Origin: Klebsiella phage vB_KM5a1_KLB19
Length of the DNA: 52,593 bases
Strand: one strand, 5' to 3'
Sequence record: PP526029.1
Shown here: positions 20,462 through 30,201 of the stretch, one piece after another
Position numbering within the stretch: position 1 is the first letter of the stretch
How the letters are laid out: each line of letters opens with the position of its first letter
Translations under genes and position numbers: made by a program
The notes under the pieces: generated by a model
Database searches by the model: none
Told to the model about the DNA's origin: nothing
What the model saw: the letters and a program-made list of their open reading frames with translations, nothing else

Positions 20462-20770
20462 CTAGTTAAACACGTAAACTTCAATGGTAAGAGTCTGATC
20501 AACAAACGGGTTGCTTGTTGGCAGGTAAAGAACATCAACGCCGCCGTTTTTAGTCACGGCTGCATAGCTGGATTTATAAACAGCGCCAGCAGATGCCACC
20601 ATGACAACCGCGAACGAGTTGGCACCAGTCAGCCCAGCTACGTTGAAAGAAACCGCGCGAGTAGTTCGCGGGAATGATATGTTTTGCCGGACAACAAAGC
20701 GCGTGCTGAAATCGCCAAGATCGACAACCAGGTTTCCGCTTGCATCCCAGGCTTGCAGGCCAGCAGGCAT
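20462..20770 (-). CDS. tail-associated protein (DUF6453-like)
   Basis: MPAGLQAWDASGNLVVDLGD... ; RBS GGAGG. Confidence 0.55.
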   Translation of the reverse strand: MPAGLQAWDASGNLVVDLGDFSTRFVVRQNISFPRTTRAVSFNVAGLTGANSFAVVMVASAGAVYKSSYAAVTKNGGVDVLYLPTSNPFVDQTLTIEVYVFN

Positions 20771-21270
20771 GGTGAATCCTCCATTCGTTTGATTAAGTCG
20801 AAATCATACACCAGGGCGCAGGAAGAAGCAAAAATAACAGAGCGCCAGTTGTTCTATTTGTTATCGCTTGTTTCGAATTTACGCCGGACAGTGTTTTGAT
20901 CACTTTTTGCGCAGTTTCGTCAAGTAAGATAATACAATAATATCTATATATAATAAGGGTTTAGTAATAATCATCATTATTATATTACTCTGTTTGTTAT
21001 ACTTGTTATCGTTGTTTCACTATCTTTCCGTGTATCTGCAAAAATATTACTTGAGTGTTTTGTGTGGGCATTGTGGCAGATGCAAACACACATACCCCTC
21101 CGCAGAAGGTGAAACGTAGTGAACAAATAGAACAGCGTTGATATTCAAGCATTTTTCTTGTTGCACGCTAGCTATAACAAGAAATAACACTTATAACAGA
21201 ATAAATAACATTGACGAATCAAACCAATCGCGTATACTCCACCACATCAACCACAAGCGAGGATTTACAG

Positions 21271-22329
21271 ATGACACCTACCAAACCGCAAGCGGATTTC
21301 TTCTGGTTCACAAACGACGAAATGCCGAACGACTTTTATCACGATAAAGAAGCCTGGACGTTCGACTATGTTTCCGGCTCAAGCCTGGGTAAAATTCACT
21401 CATCATGCCTGGCAAAGTGGCGCTTCGAAGAGAATGAGCCAACGGCGGCGCTGGAGTTCGGCACACAGGCGCACACCAACTTTGAAAGCAACGAGCTATT
21501 CGCATCAACCTACCGACGCGCTCCGTTCGTTGAAGATTTCAAGGATGCGATCACGTCGCAAGCAGCATTCGCGGCTAAATTGAAAAGCTTCGGCCTGACA
21601 GGTACAAGCGGGAAGCAATATCCAGAGCTTTGCAAAATATACGCTGATTGCGGTGAAGATCTTAACGTAATGTGGATTGAAGATATGATCGCGCAATCAA
21701 AGGCGGCGCACGATGGCGTTGAGTTGGTAAAGGCCGAAGATTATGATGCCTGCGTTTCAATGCGTAAGGTGCTGGAGTCTATACCGGAATACGCACAACT
21801 AATGAACGATCCGGCAGCGATGCACGAGCTTTCATTGTTCGGAAAAATCAACGGCGTGAACGTCAAAGTTCGCCTGGACTACTGCGCAACAATCAGCGAT
21901 CCTGAAATGATTAAGTTGCTGGGCTATAACCCAGAGATTCACCCAGAGATTGTGCTGATTCTTGACTATAAGACAACGACCAGCGCCAACCCTCACGAGT
22001 TCGATCGCAAGGCGTTTGATCTGGGCTATTACTTGAAGATGGCTTTGCAGCGTGATTTGTTTGTCAAGGTGTTTGAAGAAACGCGCCCCGTCGCAGTTGT
22101 CCTACTAACCCAGGAAAAGAAAGCGCCATTCTTGCCTCTGGCTCGACCAATGACGAAAGAGCAGATCATTCACGGGCGCAAGCAGTACATGAGCGTTATT
22201 CACCAGTACGAGATCAGCAGCCGTGATGATGTTTGGCCTTCTTACGCAAACGGCGCGCCATTCGTTCACCTGCAAACGCCGGATTACATCAAGCGCCAAC
22301 ATCCTGATATTTACGGCGAAAACAAATAG
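21271..22329 (+). CDS. PD-(D/E)XK exonuclease (RecE / exoVIII-like)
   Basis: YVSGSSLGKI...ALEFGTQAH, ...VKVRLDY...ILDYKTTTSA...; adjacent to Erf. Confidence 0.85.
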   Translation: MTPTKPQADFFWFTNDEMPNDFYHDKEAWTFDYVSGSSLGKIHSSCLAKWRFEENEPTAALEFGTQAHTNFESNELFASTYRRAPFVEDFKDAITSQAAFAAKLKSFGLTGTSGKQYPELCKIYADCGEDLNVMWIEDMIAQSKAAHDGVELVKAEDYDACVSMRKVLESIPEYAQLMNDPAAMHELSLFGKINGVNVKVRLDYCATISDPEMIKLLGYNPEIHPEIVLILDYKTTTSANPHEFDRKAFDLGYYLKMALQRDLFVKVFEETRPVAVVLLTQEKKAPFLPLARPMTKEQIIHGRKQYMSVIHQYEISSRDDVWPSYANGAPFVHLQTPDYIKRQHPDIYGENK

Positions 22330-22403
22330 CACTAAAAGCTAAACAAAAAGAGGCTCATACGGTATAATGAGCCTCAATCAAACAAACAAAGAAGGTAATG
22401 AAA

Positions 22404-23081
22404 ATGCGTACATCAGAAACGTTTTCCACGGTAGCGAAGGCACTCATTGCGGCGAAGGCTGATTTTGCACTTGCTAAAAAGTCTGGGCACAACAAGCACC
22501 TTGGCAACAACTACGCCAACCTTGATGACGTGTTAGAGGCGATCACGCCGTCAATGAAAGAAAATAAATTGATGGTTATTCAATCGACTCTAGATCGCAG
22601 CACAGAAAAGTTGATGTACATAGAAACGATGATTCTCCATGAATCAGGCGAGTTCATGGCGTTTGAGTATCAGATGCCGATCGAAGGAACGAAGGCGCAG
22701 CAGTACGGATCAACAACGTCCTACGGTCGCCGCTATGCACTTTGCGCAGTGCTTGGAATTAGTCAGGCAGATGACGACGCAGAGATCGCGAAGCGCACCG
22801 CATCGGATTACAAGAAACTGGTTGAGGCCTGCGAAGATCTCGAAATGCTGGGCAAGATTCACGCAGACGCACGCAGCAAGTTGAGCGCGGCAGAATGGAA
22901 GATTGCAGAAGGCCACTTGCAGAAGCGCAAAGCAGAATTGACGGCGGGCGCGCGTCGTGGATTCCCAGGAAATGCGCATAAGCCAGAGGCGCAGCCGGAA
23001 CAGAAGCCAGAAAAACAAGAGCCTAGCCAACCAGAGAAAAAGGTTGTAAACTCCGGTTCTGAAATCGAAAACTTCGGTTAA
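22404..23081 (+). CDS. erf: Erf-family single-strand annealing protein
   Basis: ERF signatures NYANLDDVLEAITP, GSTTSYGRRYALCAVLGI. Confidence 0.9.
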   Translation: MRTSETFSTVAKALIAAKADFALAKKSGHNKHLGNNYANLDDVLEAITPSMKENKLMVIQSTLDRSTEKLMYIETMILHESGEFMAFEYQMPIEGTKAQQYGSTTSYGRRYALCAVLGISQADDDAEIAKRTASDYKKLVEACEDLEMLGKIHADARSKLSAAEWKIAEGHLQKRKAELTAGARRGFPGNAHKPEAQPEQKPEKQEPSQPEKKVVNSGSEIENFG

Positions 23082-23124
23082 ATATTAACGGGGGCGAAAG
23101 CCCCCAATCACAGAGGAAAAGAAC

Positions 23125-23592
23125 ATGCCGCACACTATCACTGGCGAGATCCGAAAGGCTCCATACACCAAAGACGGAAGCAACAACAATGGGCGCTGGA
23201 AGATGTACGCCGTTGACCTGTCCGAGCGAATGAAGGTTAAGGTTGAAGGGCAGGAGCAGACTGTTTACACCAACTACCGCGCCGTATTCTTCGCTAACGA
23301 AAATATGCTTTCCTGGTACGATGAGGCATTCCAGTTGGGCAAAGTTGTTTCAATCTCTTGCGACACGCTGAACATCACCAGCCGAGACAGCAACGGCACG
23401 GTATACACCACCGCCGAAATGATCCGCCCGCAACTGGTATTCAGTCAGCGAGGCGCGCAGCAGCAAAGCGGAGGCAACCAGCAGAGCGGAAATCAGCAGC
23501 AACAAGGCTGGGGGCAACCGCAACAACCGCAGCAGCAAAACAACCCGCCACCGAATCGCGGCAATCAGTTTGATGACGATATCCCATTCTGA
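23125..23592 (+). CDS. ssb: single-stranded DNA-binding protein
   Basis: OB-like core, Q/G/P-rich linker, acidic DDDIPF tip. Confidence 0.85.
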   Translation: MPHTITGEIRKAPYTKDGSNNNGRWKMYAVDLSERMKVKVEGQEQTVYTNYRAVFFANENMLSWYDEAFQLGKVVSISCDTLNITSRDSNGTVYTTAEMIRPQLVFSQRGAQQQSGGNQQSGNQQQQGWGQPQQPQQQNNPPPNRGNQFDDDIPF

Positions 23593-23629
23593 TTGGTGCA
23601 AAATAAAAGGAGCCTTTCGGCTCCTTTTT

Positions 23630-25987
23630 TTATTTCGCTACCAGCGCCGCAACCAACGCCTTCAACTCTTCAATCTCCTTCTTCATTTCGTCAACCTCAC
23701 CCTGCAAAGCCGCATTCTTCACGCCAGCGCCCTTGATTGCTGCAACCATGTAACCAATCAGCCCCATGTAATCAGCCGTCAAGTTGCTATCGCCGTCATT
23801 AACAGGCTTTCCGGTTTCATCATCAATAATTACGTTTCCATCAACATCAACCTCCGGCGTTGCCTCTGGCTTGATCACAAGGTCTGGAATAACAAGATCA
23901 AGATCCTGGGCGATAATGCCAGCCGTCATGCGGTCTGATTCGCTCTCTTTATATCGGAACCTCCAGCCGTCAAGCTTAATCATCATTTCCATAGCTTCAT
24001 CAGGATCGATGATGCTGATATTCTCCTTAGCATTCCAATCCGAAGTTAGAGTGACTCCGTTAGCCTGCACCGCGCCTTTCGCGTTAATCGTGCCATCACG
24101 AGTGTTAATATAAACCGCTGGCTTACCCTGGATAACTCCGTTTGTAGGTGAAGTGTAAGCAGTGCAGAAACCAACGCCAAACCATGAATAAAGGTTAATG
24201 TTTGATGCGTTGTTAAAGTTTGCCGAATCAGAACCAGCGTGAATCCCTCTCAAACCCGCACCAATTGGTGTCGTTGCGTCAGCAGTTCGCGGGATCTGAA
24301 TAGAGCCAGCGGCAAGGCCAACTTGAGTGTCAAAAACAACATCACTAGTGTTAACCAAAAGTCTCCCGCCAGTGATGTTTGTTGACCCCACGGATGAGAT
24401 CTGGTTATAGCCAGCATAAAAACGCAAGTTTCCTCCCCCTCTCTGATCAGAGTTCATGCCATCACATACAATTCGCGCGTCATAGTCATACTTAGCGCCG
24501 TAATGGAAATCAACGTAAGAGGCAGCGTTCGGGTTTTTAATCCCAACTTCAATATTAGCTGGGGCTGGAGTCAAGGAGTTGAATGTTACGTAATTCTCCT
24601 CTGTAATGGCTATTGTTCTGGGAACTCCTGCCCCGTCACGCTTAATCCACTCAACAGACCCGTTTGCGTTTGCTCTATTTTCGCTTGTTACAATCGTTGT
24701 GCCATCAGCCCTGCTTCTCCTGGCAACTAATGATCCAGATGGTGCGGAATCATCACTATTTCGCCTAATCTCCAGCGAGTTATTAAGATACAGGTTTTGG
24801 AATGTTGGGGAGTTGCCAACGCCAAGCTCAAGGTTGTTTCTTGCATCCAATGCAGTCTTTCCGCCAGTTCCGCCCTGACCAATCGCCAGCGCTACATATT
24901 GAGAATCGATCTCACTGTATGCCCCCCATAATCCGGTATTGTGAATCATTAAAGAATAACTTCCGTTCTGCGACTGAATTAGCGTTCTATCAGCACCTTG
25001 AACCAGCTTATCAACCTTGATGTTTGTTCTTGCCGTATTAACGTTCTCCACGTCAGAAAGGTTATTCGCCTTCTTCAACTGGTTGTCAGGGTTAGCGCTA
25101 GCCGCTCTATCCGCCTCCGTTTTTGCCCGATCCGCTTGCTGCGTTGCCGTGGTGGCCGATGCCGCCGCAGCGGTTTTGCTTGATGCCGCATTAGTCTCTG
25201 ACGTTTTGGCGTTAGTCTCTGACGTTTTGGCAGCGGTTGCAGATCCAGAAGCCGCGCTTGCAGATCCAGCCGCCGCCGTCTGCGATGCCGCCGCAGCAAC
25301 CTTGCTGGAGTTAGCGTTATTTTCTGACGTTTTGGCGTTAGTTTCTGACGTTTTGGCAGAGGTTGCAGATCCAGATGCCGCAGTTGCTGAACCAGCCGCC
25401 GCAGTTGCAGAAGATGCAGCCGCAGTGCGAGAAGTTCCCGCCGCAGTTTCAGAAGCTTTGGCGTTAGTCTCCGAGGTCTTAGCCGCCGTCTGTGATGCAG
25501 CCGCCGCCGTCTGTGATGCCTTAGCCGCATTCTCTGACGCTTTCGAGTTTGTTTCAGATGTTTTGGCGTTGGTCGCAGCGGTGCTGGCTGTTTGTGCGTC
25601 TGCCTTAACCTGGTTGCCAACTGCAACGATACGCTCCCAATCGAAATTCTGGAAAAACTCGATCGCATCTTCGATTACGGTTTCTTTGCTTTGGTAGTAA
25701 CGGAGTGTTTCCGCTACATCCTGCGCCAGCCCGTCAACGGTGATTGAATCGTGAAGCAAGATCACATACTTCGTGCCAGCCGCCACAACCGCGCCATCCG
25801 TAGCCGTAGCCCTCATTTCGGTTGGGCTAACGATTGAAGAGATAGTGCAGATCGTCAACGGTGCAGTTTGAAAAATCATGGTTGCGCCAACGCGAACAAG
25901 AGAAAGCTTATCCTGCCAGTTGGTTCCAACCCCCACAATAACGCCCTGGGCATTTAGCGAGGCCGTGCCCGTTCTGTAAATAGCCAT
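23630..25987 (-). CDS. tail fibre protein with C-terminal peptidase S74 intramolecular chaperone
   Basis: SDWNAKENISIIDPDEAMEMMIKLDGWRFRYK...DRMTAGIIAQDL; central (SAKTSETNA)n coiled-coil repeats. Confidence 0.9.
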   Translation of the reverse strand: MAIYRTGTASLNAQGVIVGVGTNWQDKLSLVRVGATMIFQTAPLTICTISSIVSPTEMRATATDGAVVAAGTKYVILLHDSITVDGLAQDVAETLRYYQSKETVIEDAIEFFQNFDWERIVAVGNQVKADAQTASTAATNAKTSETNSKASENAAKASQTAAAASQTAAKTSETNAKASETAAGTSRTAAASSATAAAGSATAASGSATSAKTSETNAKTSENNANSSKVAAAASQTAAAGSASAASGSATAAKTSETNAKTSETNAASSKTAAAASATTATQQADRAKTEADRAASANPDNQLKKANNLSDVENVNTARTNIKVDKLVQGADRTLIQSQNGSYSLMIHNTGLWGAYSEIDSQYVALAIGQGGTGGKTALDARNNLELGVGNSPTFQNLYLNNSLEIRRNSDDSAPSGSLVARRSRADGTTIVTSENRANANGSVEWIKRDGAGVPRTIAITEENYVTFNSLTPAPANIEVGIKNPNAASYVDFHYGAKYDYDARIVCDGMNSDQRGGGNLRFYAGYNQISSVGSTNITGGRLLVNTSDVVFDTQVGLAAGSIQIPRTADATTPIGAGLRGIHAGSDSANFNNASNINLYSWFGVGFCTAYTSPTNGVIQGKPAVYINTRDGTINAKGAVQANGVTLTSDWNAKENISIIDPDEAMEMMIKLDGWRFRYKESESDRMTAGIIAQDLDLVIPDLVIKPEATPEVDVDGNVIIDDETGKPVNDGDSNLTADYMGLIGYMVAAIKGAGVKNAALQGEVDEMKKEIEELKALVAALVAK

Positions 25988-26048
25988 TTGTCAATCCTTC
26001 TGTTTGTTAATAGCACGAATTGCTAAAGGCCATTGTAGCAATGTTTCA

Positions 26049-26075
26049 GGCACAAAAAAACCCTCCTAAGAGGGT
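26049..26075 (-). terminator. terminator for minus-strand primase gene
   Basis: AAACCCTCTTAGGAGGGTTTTTTT on minus strand. Confidence 0.75.
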
Positions 26076-26081
26076 TTAAAT

Positions 26082-27017
26082 TCACTCCGCAGAATCAATA
26101 AGATGCTGCGCGTTAAATAGTTGCCGCCGCATCCCTGTTTTGAAATCCGATCCGTTCGGCACGATAACTTTCAACTCCCTATCATCTGCCATGTAAAGCG
26201 TTTGTAGGTCATCAGCAAGGCACGCAACGCGCAACTCCCGATCTCCCTTGTAACGATACGCCACGATCTCAAGGTTGCTTGCATCAGTGCAAACCCAGAC
26301 TTCCTGATTGGTTGCGAAGTTCACCCGCTCGCCATCAGCCCAATCATTCACCAGGTAGATCGCGCCCTCACTCTCTCCGACTTTTATCACCGCTCCCCGC
26401 GTGTAATCCTTTGCAAGAAACGATCGGCTTCCATCCTCGAAGGCAAACATTATGTTGCACATTTCATCATCAAGGCCGTCATCATGCACCATATGGCACG
26501 GCAACGCGTGGATAAACTCATCAGACCCATCAGGACGCGATTTAACTCCTACGCTGTACGATTCGCCGTATAAACCTTCAAAGACCGTTAGAGGCGTGCT
26601 TGAGCGCAATTCTGTGCGGCTCATTACTTCAATGCAGGCCTCGTGATCAATCTGTTTCCCAAACGTGTAGCCGTTGTCTCTGGTTGCCCGCTTATTTGCC
26701 TTAACGCGATACTCTTGCGGAACCTTACCCAGAAAGCGCCCCAGGATGTTAATCACTTCACTGTACGGCTCGCCAGTTAAGCGCATCATCCAGCCAATGC
26801 CCTTATCCGCTCCGCAACTGTTACAGTAAGCGCCGCCGTCGCCAGGCTCTTCAAGTTTATCAGTCCAGCGGAATCGGTCTTTACCGCCGCATGACGGGCA
26901 ACTCTGGTGTTTTTTGTTGAACACGATTGATGGCACGCCGCAAACAGACTGCAAAGCCTCACGCCAAAGGCCTTTCATGTACGGCAATACTTCTTCTTTC
27001 TGAAACATTTCATTCAT
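26082..27017 (-). CDS. DNA primase (P4/T7-type zinc finger primase)
   Basis: HQSCPSCGGKDRFRWTDK...GGAYCNSCGADKG. Confidence 0.8.
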   Translation of the reverse strand: MNEMFQKEEVLPYMKGLWREALQSVCGVPSIVFNKKHQSCPSCGGKDRFRWTDKLEEPGDGGAYCNSCGADKGIGWMMRLTGEPYSEVINILGRFLGKVPQEYRVKANKRATRDNGYTFGKQIDHEACIEVMSRTELRSSTPLTVFEGLYGESYSVGVKSRPDGSDEFIHALPCHMVHDDGLDDEMCNIMFAFEDGSRSFLAKDYTRGAVIKVGESEGAIYLVNDWADGERVNFATNQEVWVCTDASNLEIVAYRYKGDRELRVACLADDLQTLYMADDRELKVIVPNGSDFKTGMRRQLFNAQHLIDSAE

Positions 27018-27071
27018 TGCTTTTGCTCCGGCAATAAAAAAGGTTGCACCGATTATGGCACAACCTCTGGC

Positions 27072-27548
27072 TTATTCTTTAGCTTTTAGTGCTGCCTCAC
27101 GCTCGCGCTTAATCCGTTTCCATGATGGTTGTTCCGGCTTGTGGGCTAACTCATCCTCACGAACCACACGCATCATTTCACGCTTTTTGCATCGCACTGT
27201 TAATGGCTTGCCGTTGCCGTCGAAGGTGAGATCTGGTCGGCACCATGTAGCTCGAAAGCCCTTAGCCCCATTTCGCTTATATGCGTTGTGCGCCTTCTGC
27301 GCCCCGCGCGCGGAAATCATGCCGTTTTTAATCCAGATGGTGAGCAGTGAGTTTGAGATCTTCAACTCACGGCAAACGTTGGCCTTCGAGCCGTAAAACT
27401 CGATAAGCATTTCAAGGCGGGCACGCAATCCGGCCTTTACTTCATCTTTCAGAACGTAGTAGCCTGTAGGCCGCTTGCGCTTCTTCTTGTCTGCGCCGCG
27501 CTGCGTTCCGTTGTTCCCGTTAATGGTTCGCTTGTCAACTTCAATCAT
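27072..27548 (-). CDS. HTH DNA-binding protein, candidate phage regulator
   Basis: EFYGSKANVCRELKISNSLLTIWIKNGMISARGAQKAH resembles a YdaS/Cro-like HTH. Confidence 0.6.
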   Translation of the reverse strand: MIEVDKRTINGNNGTQRGADKKKRKRPTGYYVLKDEVKAGLRARLEMLIEFYGSKANVCRELKISNSLLTIWIKNGMISARGAQKAHNAYKRNGAKGFRATWCRPDLTFDGNGKPLTVRCKKREMMRVVREDELAHKPEQPSWKRIKREREAALKAKE

Positions 27549-27559
27549 AAATCCCCCGA

Positions 27560-27602
27560 TAGCACTTTTTGTTAAACATTCTATTCGATAGCGTGTATTA
27601 TA
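27560..27602. promoter_or_regulatory. divergent promoter region with a shared box
   Basis: box TAGCACTTTTTGTTA 27560-27574; rightward -10 TATTAT 27596-27601; leftward -10 TATAAT 27602-27597 with upstream TTGAGG at 16-nt spacing. Confidence 0.6.
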
Positions 27603-27639
27603 GCCGTAATCGAACGAACCTCAAAGGCATTTAATCACC

Positions 27640-29715
27640 ATGAAAATTAAGAGCATCAAGAAACAAATTGCAGAGTTGGGCGAAGCCAAAATAAAGGAAA
27701 TTCAAGAGGCCTACACCTTCAACGGCGTTGTGCCTTATGCGTATCAATGCGTGATGTTTGACGAGATCGGGAAGCGGATCGGAAAGTATCAGCACCCATT
27801 CTTTGTTAAAGCCTCCGTATCGGCTGGCAAAACGATTGGCTTCGCGATGGTCTGCAAGCGCCTTAGCCAGATGATCAGTGATAAATTCCCAAAGGGGTTG
27901 CCCGCGATGATTCTTGCGCGCCAGGGCGACATTGTGGCGCAGGATAGCGAAGAGATCACAAACTTCGGCGTTCCAAATAGCGTTTACTGCGCAGGCCTAA
28001 ACACAAAATCGGCATATTTCCCCATTATCGTTGGTTCAGAGGGAACCGTTGCGAATGGTCTGTTTAAGGCGCTGGGCGATTTCGTTCCATTCGTGCTGGG
28101 CATTGATGAATGCCACCAGGTTGATTGGGAAGATCTTGCAGATTCGATCGACAAGAAAGAAAGCTATGAAGAAATGAGCCGCCCGAAGGATGAGGCATAC
28201 ATGATTAACGGCGAAGTATGTGAGCCAGGAATCAAGATTTCAAGCCTGCTTGAGCAGATGAATACCGTTGCACCAGGCGCAGGCCGCGCGCAGTACACCG
28301 TAATCATTCGCACCCTGCAAGAGCGCTGCAAGCGCGTGCATGGTAAAGAGCTTCGCATCTTCGGAATGACGGGATCGGAGTTCAGGGGAACAACCCCCAT
28401 TCTGGTTGAGAACATGAAACTGCCTGGCTTCTGGCGTGAGCAGGTAACGAACATCGACACGAATTATCTGATCGAGTTCGGTTCGGTTGTTCCCACTGTG
28501 TTTGGCGGTACGGAAGGCCTGGGCTATGACTTAAGCGAGTTTAAGGCATCCGGTCAGGATGGTACGGCAGACTTTAGCGCCGCCGAAATGAAGAAGATGG
28601 AAAAGAAAATTCACGATAACGCCAGCATGACAAAGCGGATCATTGAAGCGGTTGTGAAGGAGGCTCAAAACAGAAACGGCGTGCTAATCACTTGCTCTGG
28701 GCAACGCCACTGCAAAGAGGCCGCAAGCTATCTTCCACCGGATGCAACTTACGCCATCATCACGGAAAAGACCGGAACAAAGCAGCGCCAGCAGATTTTA
28801 GAGGATGCCAACAAGGGCAAGATAAAGTACATTTTCCAGGTTGTGGCGCTAACAACTGGCGTGAACGTTCCATTCTGGGATTTCTCTGTCATACTCCGCA
28901 AGATCGGAAGCCTCACCCTTCTGATTCAGTTGCTGGGGCGCGGGATGCGATTGTTGAAGCCGTGGCAGAAGTTGCCGCCTTACAACATGGTTAAGGAAGA
29001 TCACCTTGTTTGGGATTTTGCCGGAACTATGGACGAATTAGGCCAACTTTACTTTGATCCGATCTTGGAGGAAGCGCAGTATCAACGCCGATTCGATTCG
29101 AAGAAAGAGCCGAAGAAATGCCCGATTTGCGGAACTGAAAACAGTTTCTTTGCCCGTCGCTGCATCAAGAAGGATGGGAACGGAAACCGCTGTGAGCACT
29201 TCTGGAAGTCTCGCGAGTGTGAAGATCAGATCGATAACCGCACAGGCGAAGTGCTTGTGAAGGGCTGCGGCACGCAAAATGACATTGTAGCGCGAATCTG
29301 TAGGCATTGTGATGTTAGCTTGAAAGATCCTAACGAGAATTTAACAGGCAAGGCGTACACTAAAAACGATTGGTGCGAAGTGCTTGATTTCAGTGTTGGT
29401 CTAACCAGAAATCAAACGGGCATCATCTACACTTACAGGCTGCGTGACAATATGGGCGTTGAGTTCACGGCCTATGAGAAGTTTTTCCCAGAGTCACAGG
29501 CGCAGATTTGCGGCACACTCTGGAAGAAGAAAGGCGTTGAGCCTCACGTTGCAGACAGTAGGATCTCAAAGTTAATGGGGGCTTACCGAAGCGCGCGGCT
29601 CATCATGCAAAACGTGCATCACATCATGAAGCCAGTGCGCGTGACACATCGCAAGAATGGCAAGGGCGAGGATATAATTTCCCGCAAAGACTTTGGGATT
29701 GAGGTAAACGTATGA
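27640..29715 (+). CDS. superfamily II helicase
   Basis: 691 aa; VKASVSAGKTIGFAM Walker A, LGIDECHQ (DExH-like), QLLGRGMRLLKPW motif VI; C-terminal Cys pairs. Confidence 0.9.
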   Translation: MKIKSIKKQIAELGEAKIKEIQEAYTFNGVVPYAYQCVMFDEIGKRIGKYQHPFFVKASVSAGKTIGFAMVCKRLSQMISDKFPKGLPAMILARQGDIVAQDSEEITNFGVPNSVYCAGLNTKSAYFPIIVGSEGTVANGLFKALGDFVPFVLGIDECHQVDWEDLADSIDKKESYEEMSRPKDEAYMINGEVCEPGIKISSLLEQMNTVAPGAGRAQYTVIIRTLQERCKRVHGKELRIFGMTGSEFRGTTPILVENMKLPGFWREQVTNIDTNYLIEFGSVVPTVFGGTEGLGYDLSEFKASGQDGTADFSAAEMKKMEKKIHDNASMTKRIIEAVVKEAQNRNGVLITCSGQRHCKEAASYLPPDATYAIITEKTGTKQRQQILEDANKGKIKYIFQVVALTTGVNVPFWDFSVILRKIGSLTLLIQLLGRGMRLLKPWQKLPPYNMVKEDHLVWDFAGTMDELGQLYFDPILEEAQYQRRFDSKKEPKKCPICGTENSFFARRCIKKDGNGNRCEHFWKSRECEDQIDNRTGEVLVKGCGTQNDIVARICRHCDVSLKDPNENLTGKAYTKNDWCEVLDFSVGLTRNQTGIIYTYRLRDNMGVEFTAYEKFFPESQAQICGTLWKKKGVEPHVADSRISKLMGAYRSARLIMQNVHHIMKPVRVTHRKNGKGEDIISRKDFGIEVNV

Positions 29716-30131
29716 TCACCGATAAAGGCGAATATCTTGAGTATTACCAGGCCAACCCCCTGGACACGTGGAAAGAGGAAAAACACCAGGTTGATTGCGT
29801 GGCATGGCTGCGCTATCACTACCCGAACCTTTTATTCTGGCACACAGTCAACGAAGGGAAAAAGCATATCAATTCCGCCCTTCGTGATGAGCAGGCGGGG
29901 CTAAAAAAGGGCGTAAGCGACTTCGTAATCCTGATTGGTCATCACGATCGCAAGTACGCATTTGCGGCGATTGAGTTGAAGAGAACCAACAAGAGCGGCA
30001 AGGCCAAAGCATCGCCAGTTAGCAAAGAGCAGAAAGCTTTCTTGCTTGACGTGCGCGAGCGCGGAGGATTCGCGGCGGTTGCATACGGTCTGGATCAGTT
30101 TAAATTAGCGATCGAAGATATGTTGAAATAG
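29712..30131 (+). CDS. VRR-NUC domain nuclease
   Basis: ALRDEQAGLKKGVSDFVIL...AFAAIELKR...SPVSKEQKAFL. Confidence 0.85.
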   Translation: MITDKGEYLEYYQANPLDTWKEEKHQVDCVAWLRYHYPNLLFWHTVNEGKKHINSALRDEQAGLKKGVSDFVILIGHHDRKYAFAAIELKRTNKSGKAKASPVSKEQKAFLLDVRERGGFAAVAYGLDQFKLAIEDMLK

Positions 30132-30201
30132 CACGAATTGCTAAACACGTGCCGGAGCAATCCGGCATAATCTCCACATCGAAACCAAATGAGATAAGAA
30201 T

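Noticed and set aside
25017-25697. 226-aa plus-strand ORF antisense to the tail fibre
   Set aside because: Low-complexity Ala/Val/Leu product caused by the antisense of coiled-coil repeats; no RBS or promoter
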